64,000 nt of DNA, taken from positions 1,315 to 65,314 of the forward strand of contig VMFW01000003.1 of the NCBI GenBank assembly GCA_007376265.1, read 5' to 3'. Positions within the stretch are counted from its first letter, which is position 1, and each line of letters opens with the position of its first letter. The DNA comes from Parcubacteria group bacterium Gr01-1014_20 (GTDB taxonomy: Bacteria; Patescibacteriota; Minisyncoccia; UBA6257; 2-01-FULL-56-20). The notes under the pieces are model-generated. The model saw nothing but the letters and a program-made list of their open reading frames with translations. It was not told the origin of the DNA and did not search any database. The translations under genes and the position numbers were made by a program. Shown here one piece after another: positions 28,826-38,064 of this stretch.

Positions 28826-30892
28826 ATGGCAAAAGATAAAAAAGAAGATAAAAAGTTAGAGGCAAAAGAAACGGATAACAATAAGGTGACCAAAAACTCC
28901 TATAGCGCGGAGGATATTTACGTTTTAGAGGGCCTGGAACCGGTTAGAAAGCGACCGGGAATGTATATCGGTTCGACCGGAGTGGACGGACTTCACCATC
29001 TGATCTGGGAGGTGGTGGATAATTCTATCGACGAGGCGATGGCGGGTTTTGCTAAAAATGTGACGGTTGAGCTTTTGCCCGGAAATAAGGTGAGCGTGAC
29101 TGATGACGGCAGAGGGATTCCCGTTGAAACTCACAAACAGACTAAGAAATCTGCTCTCGAGACAGTGATGACCACGCTTCACGCCGGAGGAAAGTTTGGC
29201 GGAGAATCGTATAAGGTTTCGGGTGGTTTGCACGGCGTGGGCGTGTCGGTTGTAAACGCCCTTTCGGAATGGTTGAAGGCCGAAGTTTGTCGAGAGGGGG
29301 CTTTGTATTCCCAGGAATACGAGCGAGGAGAACCGAAGGGGAAAGTGAAAAAGGTGGGGGTGTGTAAGCAGACAGGCACGAAGGTGACTTTTTCGCCAGA
29401 TCCGAAGATTTTTTTGACTTTGGAATTTAATCCTAAAAAGATTGCGGAACATTTGAGACAGCAGACTTATTTAACCAAGGGCGTGCGGGTTAATTTCTTG
29501 GATCGCCGAGAAAAAGTTCCTCAGCTTCACGGTTTTTACTTTGACGGCGGCTTGAAGTCGTTTGTGAATCATTTGATTCGCAACGAAAAATCACTTCAGG
29601 AAGAAATTTTTTATGTAAGTAAGGATCAGGAGGGAATGAACGTGGAGGTGGCGTTTACTTTTATTGATGATATGGAGGTTAAGGAGCTTAGTTTTGCCAA
29701 CAATATTTATACGCCTGACGGTGGGATGCACCTGACCGGATTTCGTTCGGCTCTGACGCGGTCTTTAAACGCGCATGCTCGAGGCGAGAGTTATCTGAAA
29801 GAAAAGGATGAGAATTTGACGAGTGATGATGTGCGGGAGGGGTTGGTGGTGGTAGTTTCAGTGAAACTTAGGGAGCCGCAGTTTGAGGGCCAGACAAAAG
29901 CAAGGCTTGGAAACCCTGAGGCGAGAACGGCGGTTGAGGCGGTCGTGAACGAATCGCTCAAGGAATTTTTAGAGAAACGACCGGCTGAAGCCAGGCGAAT
30001 TATTGAGAAGGTACTCTTGGCGGCGAAGGCGAGAAAGGCGGCGAAGGCGGCGCGGGATACGGTTTTAAGAAAAGGGGTGCTTGACGGTCTCACTCTGCCT
30101 GGCAAGCTTTCCGATTGCAGTTCGAGAAAGCCGGAAGAGTCGGAGCTATTTCTCGTTGAGGGGGATAGCGCCGGTGGGAGCGCTAAGTCGGGACGAGACA
30201 GACGCACCCAGGCGATTTTGCCACTCAAAGGAAAGATTTTGAATGTGGAGAAAACCAGACTGGATAAGATGCTTTCGAATCAAGAGATCCGGTCGCTTGT
30301 GATGGCGATTGGAACGGCAATTGCCGAGGAGTTTGATATTTCAAAAATAAGATACCACAAAGTGATTATTATGACGGACGCGGACGTGGACGGCGCTCAC
30401 ATCCGGACGCTCCTACTCACTTTGTTTTACCGGTATTTCAAAGAAGTGGTAAGTTCGGGCTATCTTTACATTGCCCAACCGCCACTCTATCGAGTTCAAA
30501 GTGGTAAGGAGGTGAGGTATGCCTATTCGGATCAGGAAAAAGAGAAAATCGTGGCTGAAATTCAGAAAAATAAAGCTATGAAATCTACCAAGAAAGAGAC
30601 TAAAGACGATAAAGAAGAGGATGGACAAGCGACCGGGGAGGCTAGCTTGGAGGTTCAAGGGGGCGGGGTGAAGGGAGTTGGAATTCAAAGGTATAAGGGG
30701 TTAGGAGAGATGAATCCGGAGCAACTTTGGGAAACAACTATGAATCCGGAGAATCGAACTTTACGGCAGGTGGAAATTGATGACGCCGAAGAGGCCGATC
30801 GTCTTTTTGATATTTTGATGGGAGATGAGGTTCAGCCGCGGCGTAAGTTTATCGAGCTTCACGCGCTCTCGGTTAAGAATCTTGACGTTTAA
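28826..30892 (+). CDS. gyrB: DNA gyrase subunit B
   Basis: EPVRKRPGMYIG, LHAGGKF, EGDSAGG, PLKGK, DADVDG, QRYKGLGEM. Confidence 0.97.
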   Translation: MAKDKKEDKKLEAKETDNNKVTKNSYSAEDIYVLEGLEPVRKRPGMYIGSTGVDGLHHLIWEVVDNSIDEAMAGFAKNVTVELLPGNKVSVTDDGRGIPVETHKQTKKSALETVMTTLHAGGKFGGESYKVSGGLHGVGVSVVNALSEWLKAEVCREGALYSQEYERGEPKGKVKKVGVCKQTGTKVTFSPDPKIFLTLEFNPKKIAEHLRQQTYLTKGVRVNFLDRREKVPQLHGFYFDGGLKSFVNHLIRNEKSLQEEIFYVSKDQEGMNVEVAFTFIDDMEVKELSFANNIYTPDGGMHLTGFRSALTRSLNAHARGESYLKEKDENLTSDDVREGLVVVVSVKLREPQFEGQTKARLGNPEARTAVEAVVNESLKEFLEKRPAEARRIIEKVLLAAKARKAAKAARDTVLRKGVLDGLTLPGKLSDCSSRKPEESELFLVEGDSAGGSAKSGRDRRTQAILPLKGKILNVEKTRLDKMLSNQEIRSLVMAIGTAIAEEFDISKIRYHKVIIMTDADVDGAHIRTLLLTLFYRYFKEVVSSGYLYIAQPPLYRVQSGKEVRYAYSDQEKEKIVAEIQKNKAMKSTKKETKDDKEEDGQATGEASLEVQGGGVKGVGIQRYKGLGEMNPEQLWETTMNPENRTLRQVEIDDAEEADRLFDILMGDEVQPRRKFIELHALSVKNLDV

Positions 30893-30938
30893 CAACTTTT
30901 GTATTAGGATACTCTTTCAGGTTAAACTTTTAAAGAAA

Positions 30939-31130
30939 ATGTTCCAAAAATTAATAGTATTTTTTCAGGAAGCTCGGGTAGAGCTAAAACATATAAACTG
31001 GCCCACCAGGAAAGAGGCGGTTAGGCTAACCACGGTCGTCATCGGGATTTCTTTGGGACTGGCGTTTTTTTTGGGTGTTTTTGACACTTTTTTTGCGTAC
31101 TTATTAAAGGCGTTTGTGTTAGGCTCGTAA
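30939..31130 (+). CDS. secE: Preprotein translocase SecE
   Basis: ELKHINWPTRKE plus TM; precedes nusG; start trimmed to ATG 30939. Confidence 0.93.
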   Translation: MFQKLIVFFQEARVELKHINWPTRKEAVRLTTVVIGISLGLAFFLGVFDTFFAYLLKAFVLGS

Positions 31131-31136
31131 ATATTT

Positions 31137-31691
31137 ATGACAACCCACCAACAAGAAGAAACTGGAGTCCGACAATGGTTTGCGGTTCACACCTATTCCG
31201 GATACGAAGAGGCGGTGGCTCGGTATTTGAAACAGCGCGTGGAAATGCTCGGAATGGAGGATAGGATTTTTAAGGTCATTGTTCCGACGGAGAAAAAAGT
31301 GAAGGTTAAGAGCGGGAAGCGACAAACGATTGAGGAAAAGATTTACCCCGGCTACGTTTTGATTGAGATGATTTTGAATGGTGAGTCTTGGTATGTGGTG
31401 AGAAACACTCCCCGGGTAACTGGGTTTGTCGGGCCGGACAGTACCAAGCCCACTCCGCTTTCGAAGGAGGAGGTAGATTCACTTTTGGTGAGGATGGGGA
31501 GCGATGAGAGCAAATTCAATATTGATTTTAGAGTTGGAGATTTGGTCAAGATTACAGACGGGCCGTTTAAGGATTATGACGGTAAAGTGGCCGAGGTTGA
31601 CGAGGAGCGTGGGCATGTTAAAGTGATGGTTCCAATTTTTGGTCGGGATACGGCGGTTGAGCTCGACTCGCTTCAGGTTAAGAAGATATAA
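31137..31691 (+). CDS. nusG: Transcription factor NusG
   Basis: WFAVHTYSGYE, YPGYVL, TPRVTGFVG, KOW domain. Confidence 0.97.
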   Translation: MTTHQQEETGVRQWFAVHTYSGYEEAVARYLKQRVEMLGMEDRIFKVIVPTEKKVKVKSGKRQTIEEKIYPGYVLIEMILNGESWYVVRNTPRVTGFVGPDSTKPTPLSKEEVDSLLVRMGSDESKFNIDFRVGDLVKITDGPFKDYDGKVAEVDEERGHVKVMVPIFGRDTAVELDSLQVKKI

Positions 31692-31762
31692 CATATTACT
31701 AATTACTAATGTTTTGCGAATATACTAATAAGTTTAAGTTTGGGAAATAACTAAATCGAAAC

Positions 31763-31963
31763 ATGACACAGTGCTTTTTTTGTTCTCAAAACCTAAGACA
31801 GATAGACTATAAGGAAGTTGAACTTCTCCGGAGGTTTGTTTCGGGTCAAGCTAAAATTATTGACCCCCAGCATACCGGGGTTTGCGCTAAGCACCAGAGA
31901 ATTTTAGCTCAAGCGATAAAACGAGCCAGGTTTATGGCTCTCCTGCCTTTCGTTGGACGGTAA
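31763..31963 (+). CDS. rpsR: 30S ribosomal protein S18 (Cys/Zn type)
   Basis: CFFC, IDYK, TGVCAKHQR, AIKRARFMALLP. Confidence 0.96.
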   Translation: MTQCFFCSQNLRQIDYKEVELLRRFVSGQAKIIDPQHTGVCAKHQRILAQAIKRARFMALLPFVGR

Positions 31964-31990
31964 TTTCCGGTAAAATTATCTAAAATAGCA

Positions 31991-32527
31991 ATGAGTGGTT
32001 TTGATGAGAGGTTTTTCCAGGCGATTTTTCAGTTTGCGCAGAAAAGTTTTTTTCTCGATACAGTCGGAATTTTTTTGGCGGACGGGGTTTTGTATGTCTT
32101 GATTTTTTTCTCTATTATTTTTGTTTTGCTCCAGAAGAACTGGCAGAAGAGGATTTTCCTGTTTTTGGAGCTGACGCTAGCTTGTCTTTTGGCTCGGGGA
32201 GTAGTAGTTGAGTTCATAAAATTCTTTTATCACAAACTGAGGCCTTTTGAGTTTTATGGATTTGAACCTTTAATCTCGGCTTCGGGACGCGCTTTCCCGT
32301 CCGGACATGTCACCACTCTTTTTGCGATTACGATTATTGTTTTTTTATTTAATCGAAGTTGGGGTGGGTGGTTTTTGGCTTTCGCGATTATTAGTAGTAT
32401 CGCCAGAATTTTTGTTGGGGTGCATTGGCCGTTTGATATTTTAGGAGGTGTAGTTCTTGGAACGGGAACGGCCTTCCTAGTTCACTTTTTGCTCAAGGGC
32501 GAGAGGGTTCGAATTTGGCCGCCTTAA
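31991..32527 (+). CDS. PAP2-family phosphatase (BcrC-like)
   Basis: K...RP, FPSGH, ARIFVGVHWPFD. Confidence 0.9.
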   Translation: MSGFDERFFQAIFQFAQKSFFLDTVGIFLADGVLYVLIFFSIIFVLLQKNWQKRIFLFLELTLACLLARGVVVEFIKFFYHKLRPFEFYGFEPLISASGRAFPSGHVTTLFAITIIVFLFNRSWGGWFLAFAIISSIARIFVGVHWPFDILGGVVLGTGTAFLVHFLLKGERVRIWPP

Positions 32528-32630
32528 GATGTGAGGAGCAGCGACTATTCGGGTTAGCATTTTTGGCGTTTCTTGAAGGTGTGTTCAGCGTCTCCTATCC
32601 CTCGATCGTCTATAAATAAAAATCCCCGCT

Positions 32631-33392
32631 TTAGACGGGGATGGGGTTCTTTGTGCTTGAGTGGAGGTTAGAGGCTAGAGAGCTTATTTTTTCAACAATT
32701 AGTTCAGAGATTCTATCGTTTGGATTGGGGTTTCCCTCATCTTCCAGGATGTTTTCGAAGTTGATAGGCTCACCAAAGGCTACTGTAATTTTCCTTCCAA
32801 ACCATGGAAAGCGGGGGAGGTAGCTTGATAGCTTTGGTTTTAGGCCTGGGCCACCTCCGAAAAGTTTTTCAGTGCCCTCGAGATAGATTGGCACCACAAC
32901 TGGTCGAGGGTTGCTTTTGCTGATTATAAAAGAAGCGCCCCCTTTGGCTTCCGCGATGTCGAAACTTCTCGTGGCTTGATAGAAGATGCAGACGTTGCCT
33001 CTTTTAAGGAGAGAGATGACGGAGAAAAGAAATCCGCGGCTGAATTTCTTTCTTTCGACGGGGATTGTTCGGCAGAGTTTCAGAATAAAACCAACGATCC
33101 AGCTCTTGAAGAAGTTCTCCTTGGCTGCCAGGTTATACGGAGCTTGACTGGGATAGATCAGAATTTCTGGAAAGTAACCAGCGACACCGATGATCAACGA
33201 GTCGTGGAGGCTACGATGGTTTGAGACGAGGAGAATGTTCTGACTCTGGCGGGGGATGTTTTTTCGGCCGACGATTTTCGTGCGGTTCAGGAGTCGGAAG
33301 TATAGAAAAGATAAGAGACTGGCAATTGATAAAACCAGGTATGACAACCAAACTTCAAATTTTTTAAGATGCTCTCCATCTCGGTTTGACAT
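32631..33392 (-). CDS. Lysophospholipid acyltransferase (PlsC family)
   Basis: NHRSLHD motif, AAKENFF, VVPIYLEG; FPEGTR altered to FYQATR. Confidence 0.85.
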   Translation of the reverse strand: MSNRDGEHLKKFEVWLSYLVLSIASLLSFLYFRLLNRTKIVGRKNIPRQSQNILLVSNHRSLHDSLIIGVAGYFPEILIYPSQAPYNLAAKENFFKSWIVGFILKLCRTIPVERKKFSRGFLFSVISLLKRGNVCIFYQATRSFDIAEAKGGASFIISKSNPRPVVVPIYLEGTEKLFGGGPGLKPKLSSYLPRFPWFGRKITVAFGEPINFENILEDEGNPNPNDRISELIVEKISSLASNLHSSTKNPIPV

Positions 33393-33523
33393 TTACCCCC
33401 TCCGTTCGGCTTGGGTACTCGCGGCCATTTTAGAGGAAATTTTTCAGTTTGACAACAGGTCTGGCCAGCTATATGCTCATACCGGTTTCTTAAAAAATCA
33501 AAGAGAATGGAGGTGGTGCTAAC

Positions 33524-34243
33524 GTGGGATACCTTACGGTTGTTCTTGCAATGTTCGGAGTGGGTTTCTTCGCGTGGTGGTTTTGGGGTAACAGCTCGTT
33601 TATTTTTATCAGACGAAGACTCGAGGCTTTTAGGGATTTGCCAGGCGTCGAGCTTTTTGAAGAAAGTTATTTTCATGGCTGGCCCCTTAAGACGAGAATC
33701 GTTCTCCGACCAGGGAGCCAGCCTCTTTTGGCGAGTTCCCCCAAAGTTGAAGCGGTGAAGATTCCCGAAGTTGTTTTGCCAGATATTTTTGATCAGCAGA
33801 TAGTTTTGAAGTTGCCACGTTGGCCCGAATCTGAATTCAGGATGCCCCGCTATCTCCCGATGGTGTTTTTGGGGAAAGAGGGAGTATACGAGCTCATCCC
33901 GATTACGACGGAAGTGGCTGGATATCTTCGATTTGCTACTACCGAGACTGGGGAAGATTTGGGTGGTGCTTCAGATCAAAAAAGATCAAAGTGGAGATCG
34001 CAAAGGCCACTTCAAATTGGAGACTACATAGTTCAGAAAAGTCTTGCCGCTATCGTTGTGGAACACAGATTTACCCGCGAGAAGTTTGGTTACCATGTGA
34101 CCGTTCCCAGTAACGGCTACATACTTAGCTTCCAGGTTTTAAACGGTAGCAGGGTAGAAAAGGGAGATGTGATTCTTTTTTTGGCGGCTAGCACTAGTTT
34201 TATCTTGCCAAAGAAGAAAGGGTCTGAAGTTAAACCCGTCTAA
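33524..34243 (+). CDS. Membrane-anchored hypothetical protein with biotinyl/lipoyl-like C-terminus
   Basis: GGAGG SD; N-terminal TM; VTVPSNGYI...VLNGSRVEKGDVIL. Confidence 0.6.
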   Translation: MGYLTVVLAMFGVGFFAWWFWGNSSFIFIRRRLEAFRDLPGVELFEESYFHGWPLKTRIVLRPGSQPLLASSPKVEAVKIPEVVLPDIFDQQIVLKLPRWPESEFRMPRYLPMVFLGKEGVYELIPITTEVAGYLRFATTETGEDLGGASDQKRSKWRSQRPLQIGDYIVQKSLAAIVVEHRFTREKFGYHVTVPSNGYILSFQVLNGSRVEKGDVILFLAASTSFILPKKKGSEVKPV

Positions 34244-34293
34244 GTTCTAAATGAATGAGGGCGGGTTTTTTGTTGTCCGTCACTTTTCCTTTC

Positions 34294-34470
34294 TGGTGCC
34301 CGGGGCGGGAATCTCACTACTCGCCCTTCGGGCTGCGTTTTCAAAACCCTCGGTTTTGAATAATTTCCGACACGGAGGGAACCCGGTGGCTCTCCCTCCG
34401 ACCCACCCTTCGTTCGACTCAAAACACATAAACAAAAAAACTCAACGAAAGTTGGGTGTTTTTGTTTATG
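34294..34470 (-). repeat. tRNA-linked structured repeat ending in a duplicate tRNA-Leu 3' end
   Basis: Minus strand ...GAGATTCCCGCCCCGGGCACCA at 34294-34315, preceded by several hairpins. Confidence 0.7.
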
Positions 34471-34551
34471 TGCCCGGGGAGAGAGTCGAACTCTCACGAG
34501 TTTCCTCACACGATTTTGAGTCGTGCGCGTCTGCCATTCCGCCACCCGGGC
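34471..34551 (-). tRNA. tRNA-Leu(CAA)
   Basis: GCCCGGG stem, CACGA-CTCAAAA-TCGTG anticodon arm, variable arm, GTTCGAC T-loop. Confidence 0.96.
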
Positions 34552-34625
34552 GATGAATTTGTAAGAGAATCTTAATGGATTTCGTTGCCAAAATCAACGA
34601 AAAGCCTTAGAATTCGAGGATATTT

Positions 34626-35453
34626 ATGGCGCGAGTGATTTCGATTTGCAATCAAAAAGGCGGAGTGGGTAAGACGACCACGTCGGTTAATTTGGGCGCT
34701 TACTTGGCGGCTTTGGGCAGGAGGGTGCTCTTGGTGGATTTTGATCCCCAGGCGAACGCGAGTTCGGCTTTAGGCCTGAATCCCGCCGCGACCGACTTAA
34801 GTATTTACCACGGCATTATTAATGCGGCGCCGCCCGAACACATCGTGAGGCCAACGATGCTTTTTAATTTTCACTTTACACCGGCGGCGCCCCATTTGGC
34901 GGGAGCTTTGGTGGAGTTTGTAAATTTGCCAGAACGGGAATATTTTTTGAGGAAGTTTTTGAACCGGATTCGGCATGAGTACGATTATGTTTTGATTGAT
35001 CTCCCTCCTTCGCTTAGCCTACTTACGGTAAATGGACTGGTTGCCTCTGATGAGGTGTTGATTCCGGTTCAAGCCGAATATTATAGCTTAGAGGGTTTAG
35101 GGCAGTTGCTCGAAACCGTTGAGCTTATCCGGGTTAATTTGCGGCACAGCTTGTCGGTGGCTGGGGCGCTTGTCACGATGTACAACAAGAATGAAAAGTT
35201 GAGCCGGGAGGTGTCGAAGAATTTACGCCGGAACTTTCCTTATTTGGTTTTTAAAACAGAGATACCAAGGTCGGTAGCGCTTGCCGAAGCACCCAGTTTT
35301 TCAAAACCCATCATACTTTACAAGCCGGATTCAATTGGGGCGATTGCTTACAAGAACCTAGCGGAAGAGCTTATTGCTCAGGAACAGTCTTTTGATCGGG
35401 TGCCCGAACATGGTTTAATAAGTAAGGATTTTGGCAATTTCAATGTAATCTAG
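34626..35453 (+). CDS. parA: Chromosome partitioning ATPase ParA/Soj
   Basis: NQKGGVGKTT, DFDPQANAS, IPVQAEYY, LAEAPS. Confidence 0.96.
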   Translation: MARVISICNQKGGVGKTTTSVNLGAYLAALGRRVLLVDFDPQANASSALGLNPAATDLSIYHGIINAAPPEHIVRPTMLFNFHFTPAAPHLAGALVEFVNLPEREYFLRKFLNRIRHEYDYVLIDLPPSLSLLTVNGLVASDEVLIPVQAEYYSLEGLGQLLETVELIRVNLRHSLSVAGALVTMYNKNEKLSREVSKNLRRNFPYLVFKTEIPRSVALAEAPSFSKPIILYKPDSIGAIAYKNLAEELIAQEQSFDRVPEHGLISKDFGNFNVI

Positions 35454-35499
35454 CGACCAATTACTAACTAGGTACGAATTAGAAAGTAATAAATAAAAA

Positions 35500-36531
35500 A
35501 TGCTTGGTAAAGGATTGGAATCTTTAATACCACCCAACCAGAGAAATGGGGGGAGCGATGATCAAGCGCCGGGTGTTCCACCGGTAGATAATTCTGGTCG
35601 CCCAGTTCTCGGTGGGACTAACTTTGGCGGGGAAACTAATCCGAGCGGCTTGGGCTTTTCGAAACCTTTAAGTTCTAAAGACGGTGAAGAAAAAACCTCG
35701 GCGAAAAGATCTGGAACGGCGATTTTTCAGATCGAAATTGAAAAGATAAAACCTAACCCCCATCAGCCTCGCAAAGATTTTGACGAGGCGGCTTTAAGGG
35801 ATTTGGCGGCTTCGATAAGAGAGGTGGGAATTTTGCAACCATTAGTGGTTACGAAAGTCGAAAAGGAAACTCCGACGGGAACCGATGTCGAGTATGTTTT
35901 GATTGCTGGAGAGAGGCGGCTTTTGGCGTCGAAGTTGTTGGGTTTGGAACGCGTGCCGGCAATTGTGAGGCGGGTTGATTTTGAACGTGAGAGGTTGACG
36001 ATGGCGATTGTCGAAAACCTGCAAAGAGAAGATTTGAACCCGGTTGAAACTGCTCGAGCTTTCTCTCGGCTTCAGGATGAATTTGGACTGACACAGAGGG
36101 AGATTGCAACCCGACTAGGTAAGAGTCGGGAGGCGATAGCAAATAGTGTGCGTTTGCTTGATCTGCCGGTTTATATTCAAGCGGCTTTATCGAAGGGGGA
36201 GATCACTGAAACGCACGGCCGGTTGCTCTTGGCTGTTTCTGATCCGGCGGCGCAAAAAAAACTGTTTGACGATCTTTTACTGAATCGTCTAACAACTAGG
36301 GAGCTTAAGGAGCGGGTAAAACCACGAATTGTTCACGGGGCCAGCACCCTCCAGGGCGCAGCTGGTCTGCCTCCAGAGATGAAAATTATGCAAGAAGAGC
36401 TCACCTCTAAGCTTGGAGCGCCGGTTACGATCGAGACGAAGAATCCTTCCGGTAGCGGTAAGATTACAATCACTTTTTTTTCTGAAGAAGAATTAAAGGG
36501 AATTGTAAGTAAGCTTGACGGTTCGAATTAG
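35500..36531 (+). CDS. parB: Chromosome partitioning protein ParB/Spo0J
   Basis: LGKGLESLI, PNPHQPRKDF, IAGERR, ENLQREDL, HTH. Confidence 0.96.
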   Translation: MLGKGLESLIPPNQRNGGSDDQAPGVPPVDNSGRPVLGGTNFGGETNPSGLGFSKPLSSKDGEEKTSAKRSGTAIFQIEIEKIKPNPHQPRKDFDEAALRDLAASIREVGILQPLVVTKVEKETPTGTDVEYVLIAGERRLLASKLLGLERVPAIVRRVDFERERLTMAIVENLQREDLNPVETARAFSRLQDEFGLTQREIATRLGKSREAIANSVRLLDLPVYIQAALSKGEITETHGRLLLAVSDPAAQKKLFDDLLLNRLTTRELKERVKPRIVHGASTLQGAAGLPPEMKIMQEELTSKLGAPVTIETKNPSGSGKITITFFSEEELKGIVSKLDGSN

Positions 36532-37997
36532 AAGAATCGAGAGATTAGGTTTTTGTCCTTACTTTTCAGGGTATTTCGGATATTTTCTTTGGCGTTCGGG
36601 GTTTTAACAAAAGCGAGCCACTCAGCTTCGGGTTTCCGGCCTTTTTGAGTGGCAATTTTAACCACGTCGCCGGAGGCGAGCTCGACGTTCAGGGCTTTAG
36701 CTTGACCGTTAATTTTGGCCTTGGTGCAGCTATTGCCGACTTCGGTGTGGATTTTGTAGGCAAAATCGACGGGAGTGGATCCTTTGGGTAGATCGATGAC
36801 GTCTCCCTTGGGAGTGATGACGAAGATGCGATCGTTGAAGAAATCAAATTTCATGGTCTTGATGAAATCGTCACGGCTAGAAATGGGGTTGCCTCTAAAT
36901 TCTTGCCATCGACGAAGCTGTTTCACAAGAAGCACATCTTTCAAGATTTTCTTTAAAGACTTTTTTTCACCATCTTCTTTTCCCGACCGGGTTTTTTCAT
37001 AGAGCCAATGGGAAGCAATACCGTTCTCGTTTTCGTCGTGAATTTTTTTGGTTCGGATTTGGATTTCTAGGTATTTGTTTTCCGGGCCCAAAACAGTCGT
37101 GTGAAGACTGCGATAACTATTGGATTTGGGATTGGCGATATAATCTTTGATCCGGCCGGGGAGGGGTGACCACAGGGAGTGGACGACGCCTAAGACTTCG
37201 TAGCAGTCTTCAATTTCTGGCACTACAACCCGCATAGCTACCAAGTCATAGATCTTGTCGAGGTCCATTTCGTGATTCAAGAGTTTGAAGTAAAGGCTAG
37301 AATAGCGTTTGGCGCGGTAGTCGATGCTTGAAGACTTGATGCCGTTTTTTATTAGGGCTTCGGTGAGGATGGGTTCGACTTGCTTTAGATATTTTTCCCT
37401 GTCTTCGTAACGATCTTGGACAGTTTTTGAAAGCCAAGCATATTTTTCTGGATAGAGATGGGGAAAGCTTAGGTCCTTTAGTTCACCGCTTAAATTTTGC
37501 ATGCCTAGAAGTGAGGCGAGGGGAGCGTAAATTTCGTCGGTTTCTTGGGCGATGATTTTTCTTTTTTCGGCCGGTAGGACGCTCAAGGTTTTCACGTTGT
37601 GAAGACGATTGGCGAGTTTCACAAAAACGATTCTTAGGTCTTGGCTCATGGCCAAGATCATCTTCCTTAAGTTTTCAATTTTGGCTTCGGTGCCACGGTA
37701 CTTTATTAACCCTAGTTTGTTGACTCCGTCGACAAGGAAAGCCACCTCGTCGCCAAATTGAGTTTTTATTTCGGCTAGTCGAACTTTCGTTAATTTCAGA
37801 ACGTCGTGGAGAAGCCCCGCGGCTACGGTTTCTTCATCTAGGTGCCAGTGTTCGAGTACCTCGGCTGTTTCAAGGAGGTGGCTTAAATACGGCTCTCCGG
37901 TTTCTCGGCGTTGACCTTGGTGAGCATTTTCGGCGAAGCGATAGGCTCGGCCGATGAGGCTTTCCGGGTTTCTTAGGGCGAGTTCAAGAACAGGCAT
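36528..37997 (-). CDS. RelA/SpoT-family protein (degenerate HD, synthetase, TGS)
   Basis: GEPY, LLHD, KDYIANPK, YRSLHT, EIQIRT, TPKG...DFAYKIHT. Confidence 0.92.
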   Translation of the reverse strand: MPVLELALRNPESLIGRAYRFAENAHQGQRRETGEPYLSHLLETAEVLEHWHLDEETVAAGLLHDVLKLTKVRLAEIKTQFGDEVAFLVDGVNKLGLIKYRGTEAKIENLRKMILAMSQDLRIVFVKLANRLHNVKTLSVLPAEKRKIIAQETDEIYAPLASLLGMQNLSGELKDLSFPHLYPEKYAWLSKTVQDRYEDREKYLKQVEPILTEALIKNGIKSSSIDYRAKRYSSLYFKLLNHEMDLDKIYDLVAMRVVVPEIEDCYEVLGVVHSLWSPLPGRIKDYIANPKSNSYRSLHTTVLGPENKYLEIQIRTKKIHDENENGIASHWLYEKTRSGKEDGEKKSLKKILKDVLLVKQLRRWQEFRGNPISSRDDFIKTMKFDFFNDRIFVITPKGDVIDLPKGSTPVDFAYKIHTEVGNSCTKAKINGQAKALNVELASGDVVKIATQKGRKPEAEWLAFVKTPNAKENIRNTLKSKDKNLISRFF

Positions 37998-38064
37998 ACT
38001 GACAGTATATGGAGGTGATCCCCAAGGATCAAGACCTTTTGGGTTGGGCTTTTTTAAGGGTTAA

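Noticed and set aside
34552-36531. parS sites or oriC near parAB
   Set aside because: No TGTTTCACGTGAAACA-like palindrome or DnaA-box cluster seen, and the G/T bias of the + strand does not visibly switch.
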